Shown piece by piece: positions 31,670 to 42,130 of a stretch of 62,610 nt of DNA. How positions within the stretch are numbered: position 1 is the first letter of the stretch; each line of letters begins with the position of its first letter. Under the pieces are notes generated by a model. The model ran no database searches and had not been told where the DNA came from. It saw only the letters and a program-made list of their open reading frames with translations. The position numbers were made by a program, and so were the translations under genes. Source of the DNA: Gemmatimonadales bacterium (GTDB lineage: Bacteria; Gemmatimonadota; Gemmatimonadetes; Gemmatimonadales; GWC2-71-9). Where the stretch lies: NCBI GenBank assembly GCA_039794085.1, contig JBDIWC010000023.1:1-62610 (forward strand), given 5' to 3'.

Positions 31670-34378
31670 CTACCCGGTGTTCTGCAGGCCCTGGGCGATC
31701 CCGTTCACGGTCTCGAACAGTGCCTCCAGGTGGGCGTCCGCCGGTCGGCCTGCAGCCCTCCAGCGACGCAACAGATCCACCTGGAGGAAGCTCATCGGGT
31801 CCACATAGGGGTTCCGGAGCCGTATCAGCCGTTGGAGGGTGGGATCCCCGTCCAGGAGGGTGGTGGTGCCCAGAATCGCCAGGACATGGGTCACCGTCCG
31901 GTCGAACTCCTCCCGGATGATGGGAAAGATGACCCTTCCCGTCTCCCCCGCGAGATCGGCGTACCGGGCACCGATGGCCAGATCCGCCTTGGCCAGGACC
32001 ATCTCGACATCGGCAAGCAGGGTAGCGAGAAAGGGCCACGCCTCCGCAGCCTCCTGCAGAGATTCGATTCCATGACGGCGTGACACCGCGTCCAGGCCGG
32101 ACCCGAGACCGAACCACCCGGGGATCACGTGCCGGTTCTGGGTCCAGGAGAAGGTCCAGGGGATCGCGCGCAGGTTCCCGATGCCACCCCCGGAGCGACG
32201 GGAGGGAGGCCGTGACCCGATCGCCATGCGCTCGATGACATCCATCGGTGTCGCGGTTCGGAAGTACTCGAGGAAGAGGGGGTGCTCATGGACCAGGGCC
32301 CGGTAGGTGCTCCGACTGGTCTCCGCCACCTCCTGCATGAGGGCATGCCAGCCTTGTTCCCGGGTGTCGCGCGGACGGGGAAGTGCCGTCGCGAGGGCCA
32401 CGGCTCCGGTGACCCGCTCCAGGGTGCGTGCCGCGATGCCGGGAGAACCATACTTGGCATCGATCACTTCCCCCTGTTCGGTCACCCGGAGGCGTCCGTT
32501 CACTGATCCGGGGGGTGCGGCCAGGATGGCGCGGGATGGCTTGCCTCCTCCCCGGCCCACGGTCCCTCCCCGCCCATGAAAGATGGTCAGGTCCACCCGC
32601 GCCCGGTGAGCCACCTCGGTCAGGGCGGCCTGGGCCTGCTGCAAGGCCCAGCGGGCCGCCGTCACCCCGCCGTCCTTGCTGCTGTCGGAATATCCCACCA
32701 TCACGATCTGCCGGCGATTCCGTGTCTTCAGATGACCGGCATACACGGAGTCGGCCAGGAGCGCCTCGAGCGTGGCCGGGCCGGCCGTCAGGTCATCCAC
32801 GGTCTCGAAGAGGGGCGCCACATCGAGGGGGACCGGGCCGGCGTCCTCCACGCAGCCCCCCCACCGGGCCAGGAGCAGGACGGTCAGGACGTCGTCCACC
32901 CCTTCGGCCATGCTGATGATGAAGGGACCGATGGCGTCGGGACCATGTTCGCGCTGGCAGCCGGCAATGGCACGGAACACTGCGAGGGTCTTCTGCTCCT
33001 CCGCGCCGGGAGCTGCCGAGGGATTCTCTCCATCGAGGATCGCCGTCCGCAGGCGCGCAACTCGACTGGACCGGTCCCGGCCGAGCCATTCAGGGTCATC
33101 AAGAAGGGCTCCCACCACTGCGCGGTGGACCAGGGCATCCTGTCGGACGTCGAGCCGAGCGAGATGGAATTGGAATGTCTCGGCCCGGCGAAGCGCGCGC
33201 CGCACGAGAAAGAGTCCCGCGTGCTCGCCGGAATGCGCCTCGAGGCTGTCGGCGATGAGCTGGAGATCCCCGTGGAACTCTTCCGGATCCCGATAGCCAT
33301 GTCCCGGCCCGGCGGTGGAGAGGCGTGCACTCATGAGATGGCAGAGCATGCGGTAGGGCATGTCCTGATGGCGCGCCGGGAGGAGAGCCGCCGCCTCGGG
33401 AAACCACGCCAGATATCGGTCCAGCTGGTCGAGAATGTCCCGGCTCACGGCGACCCGGGAGGTGGATTGCGACAGGGCCGCGGCCAGCTGGGCGAGTTCG
33501 TCCTGATAGCATCGCAGGATCGTCCTCCGATGACTCGCCAGAGAGTCCCTGATCGTCTCGGCGGAGACATTGGGATTGCCATCCATGTCCCCGCCGACCC
33601 ACGATCCGAAACGCAGGGGAGACGGGATCTCACCCCGTGGGTTCGGCCCGTAGACGGCTCCCAAGGCCTCCTCGATCGACTCGCAATACGCGGGAAGGAT
33701 GTGGTAGAGGGTGGTGGCCAGGTAGAAGAGAACCTGTTCCCGTTCATCGGCCACCGAGGGACGCACCGACGGATGGGTGTCGGTCTGCCAGGAGGTGGTG
33801 ATCTCCATCCGGATGCGCGCCAGATTGACGGCCACCTGCCTCGGTGTGAGGGTCGGATTCTGTCGTTCCAGCAGGAGGGCGGCGAAGCGCTGTTCCTTCT
33901 CCAGGACTGTGCGCCGGGTGGCTTCGGTGGGATGCGCGGTGAATACGGGCTCGATGCGCATCCGCGTGAGCAGCTCGCACGCACTCTCGGCGTCGAGACC
34001 CGCGGCTGCCAGCGATGCGAGGGCCTGGTGCACACTCCCGGGGGCGGGCACGGCCGGGTCACGGTCATACTCCCGCCGCCGCCGAATCCGGTGAACCTGC
34101 TCCACCCGGTTGACCACGCGGAAGTAGGTGGAGAACGACCGGACGAGGAGCGCGGCCCTCCCCGGGTCGTGCCCACTCGTCAGGGCCGCGAGTTCCGCGT
34201 CGGCGGCCTCCACTCCCTCGCGCCGGCGAATCGCCGTCCGCCGGGCCGCCTCCACGCACTCGAAGAGCGCCTCACCTCCCTGCTCGCGGATGATGTCGCC
34301 CACGAGAGCGCCGAAGGTGTGGACGTCGGCCCGGAGCGGGGCATCCTTCTCGGCGAAGACGATGTCGGAGCGGTCCAT
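31670..34378 (-). CDS. ppc: Phosphoenolpyruvate carboxylase
   Basis: FTAHPTE, GSWVGGDMDGNP, MVGYSDSSKDGG, FHGRGGTVGRGG, LRAIPW and terminal QNTG. Confidence 0.96.
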   Translation of the reverse strand: MDRSDIVFAEKDAPLRADVHTFGALVGDIIREQGGEALFECVEAARRTAIRRREGVEAADAELAALTSGHDPGRAALLVRSFSTYFRVVNRVEQVHRIRRRREYDRDPAVPAPGSVHQALASLAAAGLDAESACELLTRMRIEPVFTAHPTEATRRTVLEKEQRFAALLLERQNPTLTPRQVAVNLARIRMEITTSWQTDTHPSVRPSVADEREQVLFYLATTLYHILPAYCESIEEALGAVYGPNPRGEIPSPLRFGSWVGGDMDGNPNVSAETIRDSLASHRRTILRCYQDELAQLAAALSQSTSRVAVSRDILDQLDRYLAWFPEAAALLPARHQDMPYRMLCHLMSARLSTAGPGHGYRDPEEFHGDLQLIADSLEAHSGEHAGLFLVRRALRRAETFQFHLARLDVRQDALVHRAVVGALLDDPEWLGRDRSSRVARLRTAILDGENPSAAPGAEEQKTLAVFRAIAGCQREHGPDAIGPFIISMAEGVDDVLTVLLLARWGGCVEDAGPVPLDVAPLFETVDDLTAGPATLEALLADSVYAGHLKTRNRRQIVMVGYSDSSKDGGVTAARWALQQAQAALTEVAHRARVDLTIFHGRGGTVGRGGGKPSRAILAAPPGSVNGRLRVTEQGEVIDAKYGSPGIAARTLERVTGAVALATALPRPRDTREQGWHALMQEVAETSRSTYRALVHEHPLFLEYFRTATPMDVIERMAIGSRPPSRRSGGGIGNLRAIPWTFSWTQNRHVIPGWFGLGSGLDAVSRRHGIESLQEAAEAWPFLATLLADVEMVLAKADLAIGARYADLAGETGRVIFPIIREEFDRTVTHVLAILGTTTLLDGDPTLQRLIRLRNPYVDPMSFLQVDLLRRWRAAGRPADAHLEALFETVNGIAQGLQNTG

Positions 34379-34420
34379 GAAGGAGAAGATGGAGACGGCA
34401 TGGGTGGGGCGCAACGATCC

Positions 34421-34590
34421 CTCCGCGGTTTCTGTGGCGCCCCTCCTCTCCCCTGAGTGAACCACAGAGAACACAGAGAACACAGAGGGTTGACGGTTCC
34501 CACGACATGCTCCTCGTCTCGCCCGGCAGGCATCGGCAGGATGGGGGGCCCTTCCACCCCGCAAAACAGATCGTGATCTCAGCGCGCGAG
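34421..34590 (+). repeat. Third, diverged copy of the ~167-bp repeat
   Basis: TGAACCACAGAGAACACAGAGAACACAGAGGGTTGACGGTTCCCACGAC...GGCAGGCATCGGCAGGATGGGG...TGATCTCAGCGCGC aligns with 22783-23100. Confidence 0.85.
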
Positions 34591-34842
34591 GCGTGGGGCC
34601 GCGGGAATCATGCGGAGACCCTCTGCGACCTCCGTGTTCTCCGTGGTGAATCGTTCGTGCCTTCCCGATCCCGGACCTCCCAGGTCTCGGCATGGGGCGC
34701 CATTCCACCACCAGCAACAACAGAATCTCAGCACGCAAGACGTGGAGCGACGGATATCACGATGAGTTGCCCGCATTGATTTGCGGCGGTCTCGCGAGGA
34801 AATGGTGACGGAGACCAACGGGATGGCCACCACATTGGGACC

Positions 34843-36510
34843 ATGTTGGAGGTCGCTTCCCCCCTCGCCCGCGCTCGTGCCGCCCTCGAGACGCACTTCG
34901 GCTATCCGGATTTCCGGCCCCTGCAGCGCCGGGTCATTCACGCGGTGCTCTCCGGTCACGATACCCTTGCCATTCTCCCCACCGGAGGCGGGAAATCCAT
35001 CTGCTTCCAGATTCCCGCCGTCTGTCGTGCCGGGCTCACCATCGTCATCAGCCCCCTCATCGCCCTCATGCAGGACCAGGTCGAGGCGGCCTGCGAGCGG
35101 GGAATGTCGGCCGTCACCCTTCACAGCGGGATGACGATCGCGGAACAACGCGCGGTGCGCTCCCGGCTCGAGGCGGGGGATCCCACCCTCCAGTTGCTCT
35201 ATCTGAGCCCCGAGCGCCTGAACACGCTGATCAAGAAGACACCCGATCTCTTGAAACCCTCACTCCTGGCCATCGACGAGGCGCACTGCATCTCGGAATG
35301 GGGTCCCGACTTCCGGCCCACATACCGGGTGTTGCGGCGCCTCCGACGGGCCCTCGGCTGGCCCCAGACCGTGGCGTTGACCGGCAGTGCCACTCCGGCT
35401 GTCCGGGCGGACATCATCCAGACCCTGGGGCTCGGCAGCGGTTTTCCGAGGCGTCGACTCGTCACCCACCTCGGGTCCTTCGATCGGGCAAACCTCTGGT
35501 TCGGTGCTGTGGCCGTGAAGGATCCTCGGGAGCGGCTCGGGACCCTCCTCCAGATCCTCGGCAGGGCGGATCGCATCGCCCTCGTCTACGCCCCGACCCG
35601 CGGGATGACTGAGGGGATCGCCCGCCAGCTCCGCCACGCCGGGTTCCTCGCCGCTCCCTATCATGCCGGGCTCCCGTCCGATCTGCGGGCGCGTACCCTC
35701 GCCGCCTTTCTGGAGGATCGTCTGGGGGTGGTCGTGGCCACCAGCGCCTTCGGCATGGGGATCGACAAGCCCAACGTGCGGCTGGTGGTGCACTGGCAGA
35801 TGCCCCCGACGCCCGAGGCCTACTACCAGGAGGCGGGGCGGGCCGGGCGGGATGGGCGCTTTGCCCGTTGTGTGCTGCTGCACCATGGTGACGATGGGGA
35901 CCAGGCCCGGCGAATGCTGCAGGTGACGTTTCCCCCTCGGGATCTGGTGGAGGCGATCGCGCGTGACCCGGCGCGTCGGCAGGGAGTCCCCGCGAATGTC
36001 CTCGATTCCGCCGATCGGATCGCCCGGGAGCTCGGTCTCCCGCATCGACCCGGTGACTGGTCCCGCGTCCTTCGGCGGCGGAAGGAGGCGGAGGGACGCA
36101 TTCGGGCGATGGAGGACTACGCCCGTCACCCCGGGTGCCGTCGCCGAAAACTGCTCGCCTGGTTCGGGGAGCGTGCCTCCTCGTGCAGTGGATGTGACCG
36201 ATGCCGGTCGCCCGGTCGCGGCGACACCGGTCCCGTGGGGGACCAGGGGAGTACGGAGGGGGTGTACCAGCGTCTTCTCTCCTGGCGCCGAGCGATCTCC
36301 CGGGAGGGTGGCTTGCCAGTGGAATCCATCCTGAGCGATGTGGCGCTCGCCGGGATCGCGGCGGCGCGTCCCCGGACCCGTCAGGCACTGGGACAGGTGG
36401 ACGGAGTGGGGCCTCGGATTCTCGCCAAATTCGGGGAGGAACTGCTGGGGATCTGCGGGGGGAGGGAGCAGGGAGTCGGGAGCAGGGAGTCGGGCTCGAA
36501 TCATCCTTGA
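34843..36510 (+). CDS. recQ: ATP-dependent DNA helicase, RecQ family, with HRDC domain
   Basis: PTGGGKS, DEAH, AFGMGIDK, YYQEAGRAGRDG, Zn motif CRR...CSGCDRC and a C-terminal HRDC-like domain. Confidence 0.92.
   Translation: MLEVASPLARARAALETHFGYPDFRPLQRRVIHAVLSGHDTLAILPTGGGKSICFQIPAVCRAGLTIVISPLIALMQDQVEAACERGMSAVTLHSGMTIAEQRAVRSRLEAGDPTLQLLYLSPERLNTLIKKTPDLLKPSLLAIDEAHCISEWGPDFRPTYRVLRRLRRALGWPQTVALTGSATPAVRADIIQTLGLGSGFPRRRLVTHLGSFDRANLWFGAVAVKDPRERLGTLLQILGRADRIALVYAPTRGMTEGIARQLRHAGFLAAPYHAGLPSDLRARTLAAFLEDRLGVVVATSAFGMGIDKPNVRLVVHWQMPPTPEAYYQEAGRAGRDGRFARCVLLHHGDDGDQARRMLQVTFPPRDLVEAIARDPARRQGVPANVLDSADRIARELGLPHRPGDWSRVLRRRKEAEGRIRAMEDYARHPGCRRRKLLAWFGERASSCSGCDRCRSPGRGDTGPVGDQGSTEGVYQRLLSWRRAISREGGLPVESILSDVALAGIAAARPRTRQALGQVDGVGPRILAKFGEELLGICGGREQGVGSRESGSNHP
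36464..36494 (+). repeat. Heptamer array (GGGAGCA/GGGAGTC) inside the recQ 3' end
   Basis: GGGAGCA GGGAGTC GGGAGCA GGGAGTC GGG. Confidence 0.7.
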
Positions 36511-36683
36511 TCCGTGGGTGCGCCGCACGCGGCGCACCAAGTGAGGTGCTGTACCCCGCTCGGGGGTGCAAATGGCCGTCCCACGCTACGCCCATGATCG
36601 GAGCGGGCTCGCCCACCTGGCGCAAGGTGGACCGGGGCCTTCACTCCTGGTCGGCGCACTTGTCTCGGGACGGCGGAGTGCCT

Positions 36684-36716
36684 ATGTTTTGCATGGCTCG
36701 ACATGTTTTTACATGT
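36684..36716. promoter_or_regulatory. Putative autoregulatory operator of the TA operon
   Basis: ACATGT-N4-ACATGT palindrome (36701-36716) and a similar ATGTTTTGCATG upstream, just before the antitoxin RBS. Confidence 0.4.
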
Positions 36717-36734
36717 ACTCAAGTGGAGGCGACC

Positions 36735-37010
36735 ATGCGCGACCAGTCCCAGATATCGGCCACGGTGTCCGCAGCCACGAAGGAACGGCTCGACCGTTTC
36801 ACGGAGAGCCAGGGGCTCAAGAAGAACTACGTGGTCGAGCAAGCCCTGCTCTACTTCATGGAGGCGCGTCAGGACCTGCCCGACGAAGCGCTGGTTCCGG
36901 TCCGCCTCGTCCTGGAGGCCACGGCGTTCGATCGCGTCCTCGACTTGCTCGAGTGCTCTCCGGCTCCGACCGCCGCCCTTCGCGAGCTCATGCGTGGCCC
37001 CCACCGTTGA
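36735..37010 (+). CDS. Type II antitoxin, RHH/DUF1778-like (TacA/AtaR-like)
   Basis: RHH-like N-terminus, C-terminal FD.VL.LL...PAPT.ALRELM, GGAGG RBS, overlaps a GNAT gene. Confidence 0.78.
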   Translation: MRDQSQISATVSAATKERLDRFTESQGLKKNYVVEQALLYFMEARQDLPDEALVPVRLVLEATAFDRVLDLLECSPAPTAALRELMRGPHR

Positions 37011-37524
37011 GATCCGCCCGCTCGCGCGGGACGACGACCGCAGCAGGTTCTCCTGTGGTCACCCTGATCTTGATCGCTTTTTCGAGCACTACGCGGGGCA
37101 GAACCAATTCAAGCTGCACTTGGCGGTCACCTATGTCGCGCTGATCGAGGCGCACATCGTGGGCTTCGCGACAGTCGCGCCCTCCGTGCTGGAGCGCGCC
37201 ACCGTCCCGAGTGCGCGCCTCCGCAAGCGCCTGCCGAACTATCCTCTGCCGGTCCTGCGGCTCGCCCGGCTCGGCGTCGATCGGCGAGCGCAGGGCCTGG
37301 GCCTCGGCAAGGCGCTCGTGCGTCAGGTGCTGGACTTGGCGATCGAACAACGCGACCGTCTCGGGTGCGTGGGCGTGGTGACCGACGCGAAGCCCGACGC
37401 CGTCACATTTTACGAGGGATTGGGGTTCACGATGATCGAGGGAGTGCGTGAAGGTCTCCTGGTTTCCAAGCCCGTGCCGATGTTCCTCGCCATCGAGACG
37501 ATCGCGGCCGCGCTCGCACCCTGA
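36994..37524 (+). CDS. GNAT acetyltransferase toxin (TacT/AtaT-like)
   Basis: DRSRFSCG..DLDRF, P.LRLARLGVD...QG.GLG, V.DAK..AV.FY..LGF motifs. Confidence 0.85.
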   Translation: MAPTVEIRPLARDDDRSRFSCGHPDLDRFFEHYAGQNQFKLHLAVTYVALIEAHIVGFATVAPSVLERATVPSARLRKRLPNYPLPVLRLARLGVDRRAQGLGLGKALVRQVLDLAIEQRDRLGCVGVVTDAKPDAVTFYEGLGFTMIEGVREGLLVSKPVPMFLAIETIAAALAP

Positions 37525-37566
37525 GCACGGCCCGTCGGGAGTGTCAACAACGCTCAATGACTGGAG

Positions 37567-38487
37567 TCACCCCGGATCAGGCTCCATGTGCACGATCACC
37601 CACTGGACTTTGGGCATCGCCGCCTTGATCGCCCCCTTGACCGCCCCCGAGACCTGGTGCGCCTCGTCCAGCCGCATGGCGGGATCCGCCTGGACGTGGA
37701 TCTCCACGTGGAGGGCGGGGCCCATCTTCCGCGCCACCAGCTTCTCCACCCCGCGAACGCGAGGCACCCCAAGGGTGGTGTTCCGGATTCTTTCGGCTAT
37801 CTGTGGATCAGGGCGCCGGTCCATCAGGTCCCACACTGCGGGGCGCGCCAGCAGGAGCCCGTTGGTCAGGATGATCCCGGAGGCCAGCAAGGCGGCCCAG
37901 TCATCGGCGGCTTCCCAGCCTGGTCCGCCAATGACGGCAATGCTGATCCCGACCAGGGCCGCGAGGGAGGTGAGCCCGTCGCTCAGGTGATGCCAGGCAT
38001 CGGCCGCAAGCGCCTGGCTCCCTATCCCTACATTGACCTTGGTCACTCGGCGGACCATGTACCCCTTGATGGCCATGACCACCACCAGCACCAGGAGGGT
38101 CCACGGGGCGGGGAGGTGATGCGGGGTGCGGATTTCCCGGACCGACTCGATGGCGATCCCGACCGCGGCGCCCATCAGCATGAGCGCCACCAGGGCGGCG
38201 GCGAGCGATTCCGCCCTGCCATACCCGTAGGGGAACTCCTCATCGGGATCCCGGCTTGCGATCCGGAGCCCCCCCCAGACTATCAGGGAGGCGAAGAGGT
38301 CGCCGGTCGATTCCACCGCATCGGCGATCAACGCATAGGAGTTACCCAGAACCCCGGCGAGGAACTTGACGACCGCCAGGATGGCATTGACCAGGAGTCC
38401 GGTCTGGGCCACGCGGATGCCCCGACCGAGCGGGTTGGCGTCGGTGCCCCGGTCAGCTACCGTCGGGACAGCCGGTTGGTCAGCCAT
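37567..38487 (-). CDS. Cation diffusion facilitator (FieF-like) transporter
   Basis: S.ALIADAVES, PYGYGRAE, ADAWHHLSD and C-terminal dimerization domain (EAH...VHMEP). Confidence 0.9.
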   Translation of the reverse strand: MADQPAVPTVADRGTDANPLGRGIRVAQTGLLVNAILAVVKFLAGVLGNSYALIADAVESTGDLFASLIVWGGLRIASRDPDEEFPYGYGRAESLAAALVALMLMGAAVGIAIESVREIRTPHHLPAPWTLLVLVVVMAIKGYMVRRVTKVNVGIGSQALAADAWHHLSDGLTSLAALVGISIAVIGGPGWEAADDWAALLASGIILTNGLLLARPAVWDLMDRRPDPQIAERIRNTTLGVPRVRGVEKLVARKMGPALHVEIHVQADPAMRLDEAHQVSGAVKGAIKAAMPKVQWVIVHMEPDPG

Positions 38488-40046
38488 GCCACGATCGTGT
38501 CGACGACCTCGGCGCGCATCCGGGCATCGGGGAGTCGGGAATATCCGTCCGTGTATCCAACGGAATCCGCCAGGAAAAGGTGATTGGTGGCGGGAAAGAT
38601 GGTCAGGGTGACGTCCCGGTTCCCCCCGGACCGCATCGCGTCCGCCAGGAGCTCCGCCTGATCAGGGGTGACCTGACGATCCGTCGTCCCATGAAGAATC
38701 AGAGCCGGGACCCCGACCCGTCGGGCGATGGGCAGCGGATCGTGGTTCAGGAAGAACCGGAGCCAGGGTTGGATCCGGGCCAGAGAATCCACTCGCTGCA
38801 TCGCCTGCTCCAGGGCGGAGTCCAGGGCCGAGGGGGGGACCTGGGGAGATCTTTCGAGAGCCGAACGATTCTGGTGCCGGATGACCTCCCGGCCCGGGAG
38901 ACCGGTTCCCGCCAGGAGGACAACGGCGGCAACCCGCGGATCCTCGGCGGCCACCATGGGCGCGATGATTCCCCCTTCACTATGTCCGAGCACCCCGATC
39001 CGATCCGGATCCACGTCGGGCCGAGTCCGGAGCCAGGCAATGCCCGCTGCGATGTCCGACGCCAGGTCAGCCGTGGTGGCCGTGGCTCCATTTCCCCCAC
39101 TTCCTCCGAATCCCCGGTCGTCCAGGCGGAGCACCACCAGCCCGGCGTCGGTCAGCGCTTCGGCCAGCTGACGGAAGGGTTGGTATCCGGGAAGGACCGC
39201 GGGGAGCGACCCGTCCCGGTCCTGCAACCCCGACCCGGTGCTGGTGATGACGGCGGGCCACGGCCCGGTGCCGGCGGGCGTCGTCACGGTCCCGGCCAGC
39301 GCATGTCCCTTCGGGTGCGGGATGATCACGTCCTGGGCCGTCCAGGCCACTCCGTTCGGAGCATGGTAGTCGGTCCGGCGAGCTCCGAACGAGGCAAGAG
39401 CGGCGGAATCCGCGCGGATGATACGGAGCCCTTGCGCAGGAATGACACCGCCGAGGATGTTTCCCTCTCCATCGATGGCCAGCCGAATGCGAACACCGCC
39501 CAACGCCATCTGCACGGAGTCGTGTCCCATGCGTTCGAGGGGAACCTGGATCGGGCGCGCCCCTGGAATGACGAGGAGGGCGAGCGTGTCGAGGCCGGTG
39601 ACTCCGCGGCTCACGGCGTGACGAATCGCCAGTTCGGTCAGGGCAAACGACGGATTGACAAACGGGAAGAGCGGACCTCCTCCCGGGCGGGCCTGCCGGG
39701 TCGAGGGGGCATTCCCGAGGGCCGTCTCGATGACCACACTGTCGGATCCGAAGGTCGTCGTGATCCGGCTGGAGGGTGGGACCGCCGGATCACCGGCGAT
39801 CGGACGGGTGTCGAGGGTGGCCTGCACAACCGACCCCCCCGCTGCGAGGGCGATGGAATAGACCAGGCGGACCCCCACCGCCGGTACGATCATCTCTCCA
39901 TCGAGGGTGGCTCCCCGCGAATATCGCTCGACTGCGATGGTGTCCGTCCCTCGGATCAGGACGAACGGACTCTGTGACCGGACCGGGGCCGCAAAGAGGC
40001 CCAGGGGAAGCAGAGCCAGAAGCAGAAAAGGGGCGGGCCGGGGCAT
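38457..40046 (-). CDS. Secreted alpha/beta hydrolase (S9/S15-like)
   Basis: Signal peptide; GSG.QDRD, DDRG.G.S, nucleophile GHSEG, HG.TD.QV and NHLF. Confidence 0.85.
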   Translation of the reverse strand: MPRPAPFLLLALLPLGLFAAPVRSQSPFVLIRGTDTIAVERYSRGATLDGEMIVPAVGVRLVYSIALAAGGSVVQATLDTRPIAGDPAVPPSSRITTTFGSDSVVIETALGNAPSTRQARPGGGPLFPFVNPSFALTELAIRHAVSRGVTGLDTLALLVIPGARPIQVPLERMGHDSVQMALGGVRIRLAIDGEGNILGGVIPAQGLRIIRADSAALASFGARRTDYHAPNGVAWTAQDVIIPHPKGHALAGTVTTPAGTGPWPAVITSTGSGLQDRDGSLPAVLPGYQPFRQLAEALTDAGLVVLRLDDRGFGGSGGNGATATTADLASDIAAGIAWLRTRPDVDPDRIGVLGHSEGGIIAPMVAAEDPRVAAVVLLAGTGLPGREVIRHQNRSALERSPQVPPSALDSALEQAMQRVDSLARIQPWLRFFLNHDPLPIARRVGVPALILHGTTDRQVTPDQAELLADAMRSGGNRDVTLTIFPATNHLFLADSVGYTDGYSRLPDARMRAEVVDTIVAWLTNRLSRR

Positions 40047-40098
40047 GGGGAACTCCTGGGGGAGGGGAACGGCCATTCGACGAGATGGATCCCGGACG

Positions 40099-40602
40099 TC
40101 AGCGCGGGGTCGCATCGGGCTGGAGCGTCAGCGAGGTGCTGTCCGGGCCGGACAGGACGATTTGAGTCACGTCGTCCGCACCAGACCGGATCATCACGCG
40201 AGACCCGGTGCCCGGGGCCGACAGCAGGAGTGTGAGTCCGCCCGCGCCTCGTTCCGTCAGAGAGTAGGTCGGGCGTCCGTCGGCGTCCAGCAGGATCATC
40301 GATGGCCTGCCATCCTGGGTGAGGCCCAGATCCCCCCGCAGCTGACCGGTGCTGTCATAAAAGGTCAGGGCAGGGGCCCCGCCCGTGACCGAGAACGTCC
40401 CCCGCGGGCGTCCCGCGTCATCCTCCAGGATGATGCGGGACACGAGGAGCTCCTTCCCGGGACCGGTGATCGCGGCCCAGGCGGCAGTTGCGGCGAGCAC
40501 CAGCAGGAGCAGGGACAGGATCCGGAGGCGCCGGAGCCGACACTCGATGAGCGTCAGGCGCGTCTCCAGCGTTTTGGCGGCACCCGCGGAGGAATCAGGC
40601 AT
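40099..40602 (-). CDS. Hypothetical single-TM protein with repeated beta-hairpin motifs
   Basis: N-terminal TM helix, then repeated L.D..G..R units. Confidence 0.65.
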   Translation of the reverse strand: MPDSSAGAAKTLETRLTLIECRLRRLRILSLLLLVLAATAAWAAITGPGKELLVSRIILEDDAGRPRGTFSVTGGAPALTFYDSTGQLRGDLGLTQDGRPSMILLDADGRPTYSLTERGAGGLTLLLSAPGTGSRVMIRSGADDVTQIVLSGPDSTSLTLQPDATPR

Positions 40603-40711
40603 GGGGGATCCGGTTCGGGTCGGGGGAAAGGTAATGTCGCGGTGGAGGATCCGTGTATATTGCGCTCCTCATTGGGTGGTTCTCCTTCTCCACGTTCTCC
40701 CGGTGTCCCCC

Positions 40712-41929
40712 ATGGACGACTCGCTCTACTTCGAAGAACATCACCACCAGGTTCGCGACATGGTCCGGGAGTTTGCCGAGACCCATATCGCGCCCGTGGC
40801 CCGCGAACTGGACCGGACCCAGGTCTTCCCCTGGGAGAACATCAAGAAAATGGGTGAACTCGGGCTTCTCGGCGTGCCCTGGTCCGAGGAACTCGGGGGA
40901 GCGGGGATGGACCAGATCTCCTATTACATCACCATCCATGAGCTGGCCAAGGTGGACGCCTCGCATGGCCTCACGGTCAGCGCCCACACCAACCTCGGCA
41001 CCTCGCCCATCGTCGAATTCGGCACCCCGGCCCAGCGGGATCGCTACGTCCCGCTCCTCGCCTCGGGAACGGTCATGGGCGGGTTCGGGCTGACCGAACC
41101 GGGGGCGGGGAGCGACGCCGGCGGCACCGCCACCACCGCCGTGGACAAGGGGGACCACTACCTCCTCAACGGGTCCAAGATCTTCATCACCCACGCCGGA
41201 GTCGGAGAGATCTTCTCCGTCACCGCCCGCACCGAACCCGGGAGCGGGAGCCGGGGCATCACCAGCTTCATCGTCACCAAGGACACGGTCGATCTCGATC
41301 GGTGCCGGGCCCTGGGGGTGGGTCACGCGGAGCACATCGCGAAGACGCCCGGCGTCCGCGCGGGCAAGAAGGAGGACAAGATGGGGTGGCGGGCCAGTGA
41401 CACCCGCGAACTCATCTTCGAGGACGCCATCGTTCCCAAGGAAAACCTCCTCGGCACTCCGGGTGAGGGCTTCATCAATTTCCTGAAGACCCTCGACGCC
41501 GGACGCATCGGCATTGCCGCGCTCTCGTTGGGGATCGCCGAGGGGGCGTACGAGCAGGCTCTCGCCTATGCCGGAGCTCGAAAGCAGTTCGGGAAGCCGA
41601 TCGGATCATTTCAGGGCATTCATTTCGCCCTCGCCGACATGGCGACGGAGATCGAAGCCGGAACCCACCTCCTCTACACGGCCGCCCGGCTCAAGCAGGC
41701 GGGCAAGCCGTTCAAGAAGGAGGCCGCGATGGCCAAGCTCTACTGCTCGGAACTGGCCATGCGGGCCACGACCAAGGCCGTTCAGGTGTTCGGGGGCTAT
41801 GGCTATACGACCGATTATCCCGTCGAACGGATGATGCGCGACGCCAAGGTCTGCGAGATCGGGGAGGGGACCAGCGAGATCCAGCGGATCGTGATTGCGA
41901 GAGAGATCCTCGGGAATATCGTCCGGTAA
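40712..41929 (+). CDS. Acyl-CoA dehydrogenase
   Basis: [35 protein letters not shown] and [11 protein letters not shown]. Confidence 0.95.
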   Translation: MDDSLYFEEHHHQVRDMVREFAETHIAPVARELDRTQVFPWENIKKMGELGLLGVPWSEELGGAGMDQISYYITIHELAKVDASHGLTVSAHTNLGTSPIVEFGTPAQRDRYVPLLASGTVMGGFGLTEPGAGSDAGGTATTAVDKGDHYLLNGSKIFITHAGVGEIFSVTARTEPGSGSRGITSFIVTKDTVDLDRCRALGVGHAEHIAKTPGVRAGKKEDKMGWRASDTRELIFEDAIVPKENLLGTPGEGFINFLKTLDAGRIGIAALSLGIAEGAYEQALAYAGARKQFGKPIGSFQGIHFALADMATEIEAGTHLLYTAARLKQAGKPFKKEAAMAKLYCSELAMRATTKAVQVFGGYGYTTDYPVERMMRDAKVCEIGEGTSEIQRIVIAREILGNIVR

Positions 41930-42112
41930 GGGAAGTCCCAGCCCGGCGGGCCTCAGGCCAGGTCAAGCCCCGTCACTCCCGCGCGCGTGTGTCCATTGTG
42001 ACTCTTCCGAGTGGTTTGTGCCATGCGGCGATCGTCATCGAACCGGGATCAAGAAGGGGCTCACCTACTCCTTCGCGTCTTCGCGTGAGCAGCTGTTTTC
42101 GGGGTTCTCCAT

Positions 42113-42130
42113 TTGTGAAATATTTCACAA
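42113..42130. promoter_or_regulatory. Rex operator-like palindrome
   Basis: TTGTGAA-ATAT-TTCACAA, a perfect match to the Rex consensus TTGTGAAN4TTCACAA. Confidence 0.65.

Noticed and set aside
34379..34738. N-terminal extension of ppc (similarly rng, nfeD and M16 ORF extensions)
   Set aside because: The extensions translate repeat or intergenic DNA; family similarity begins at downstream starts.
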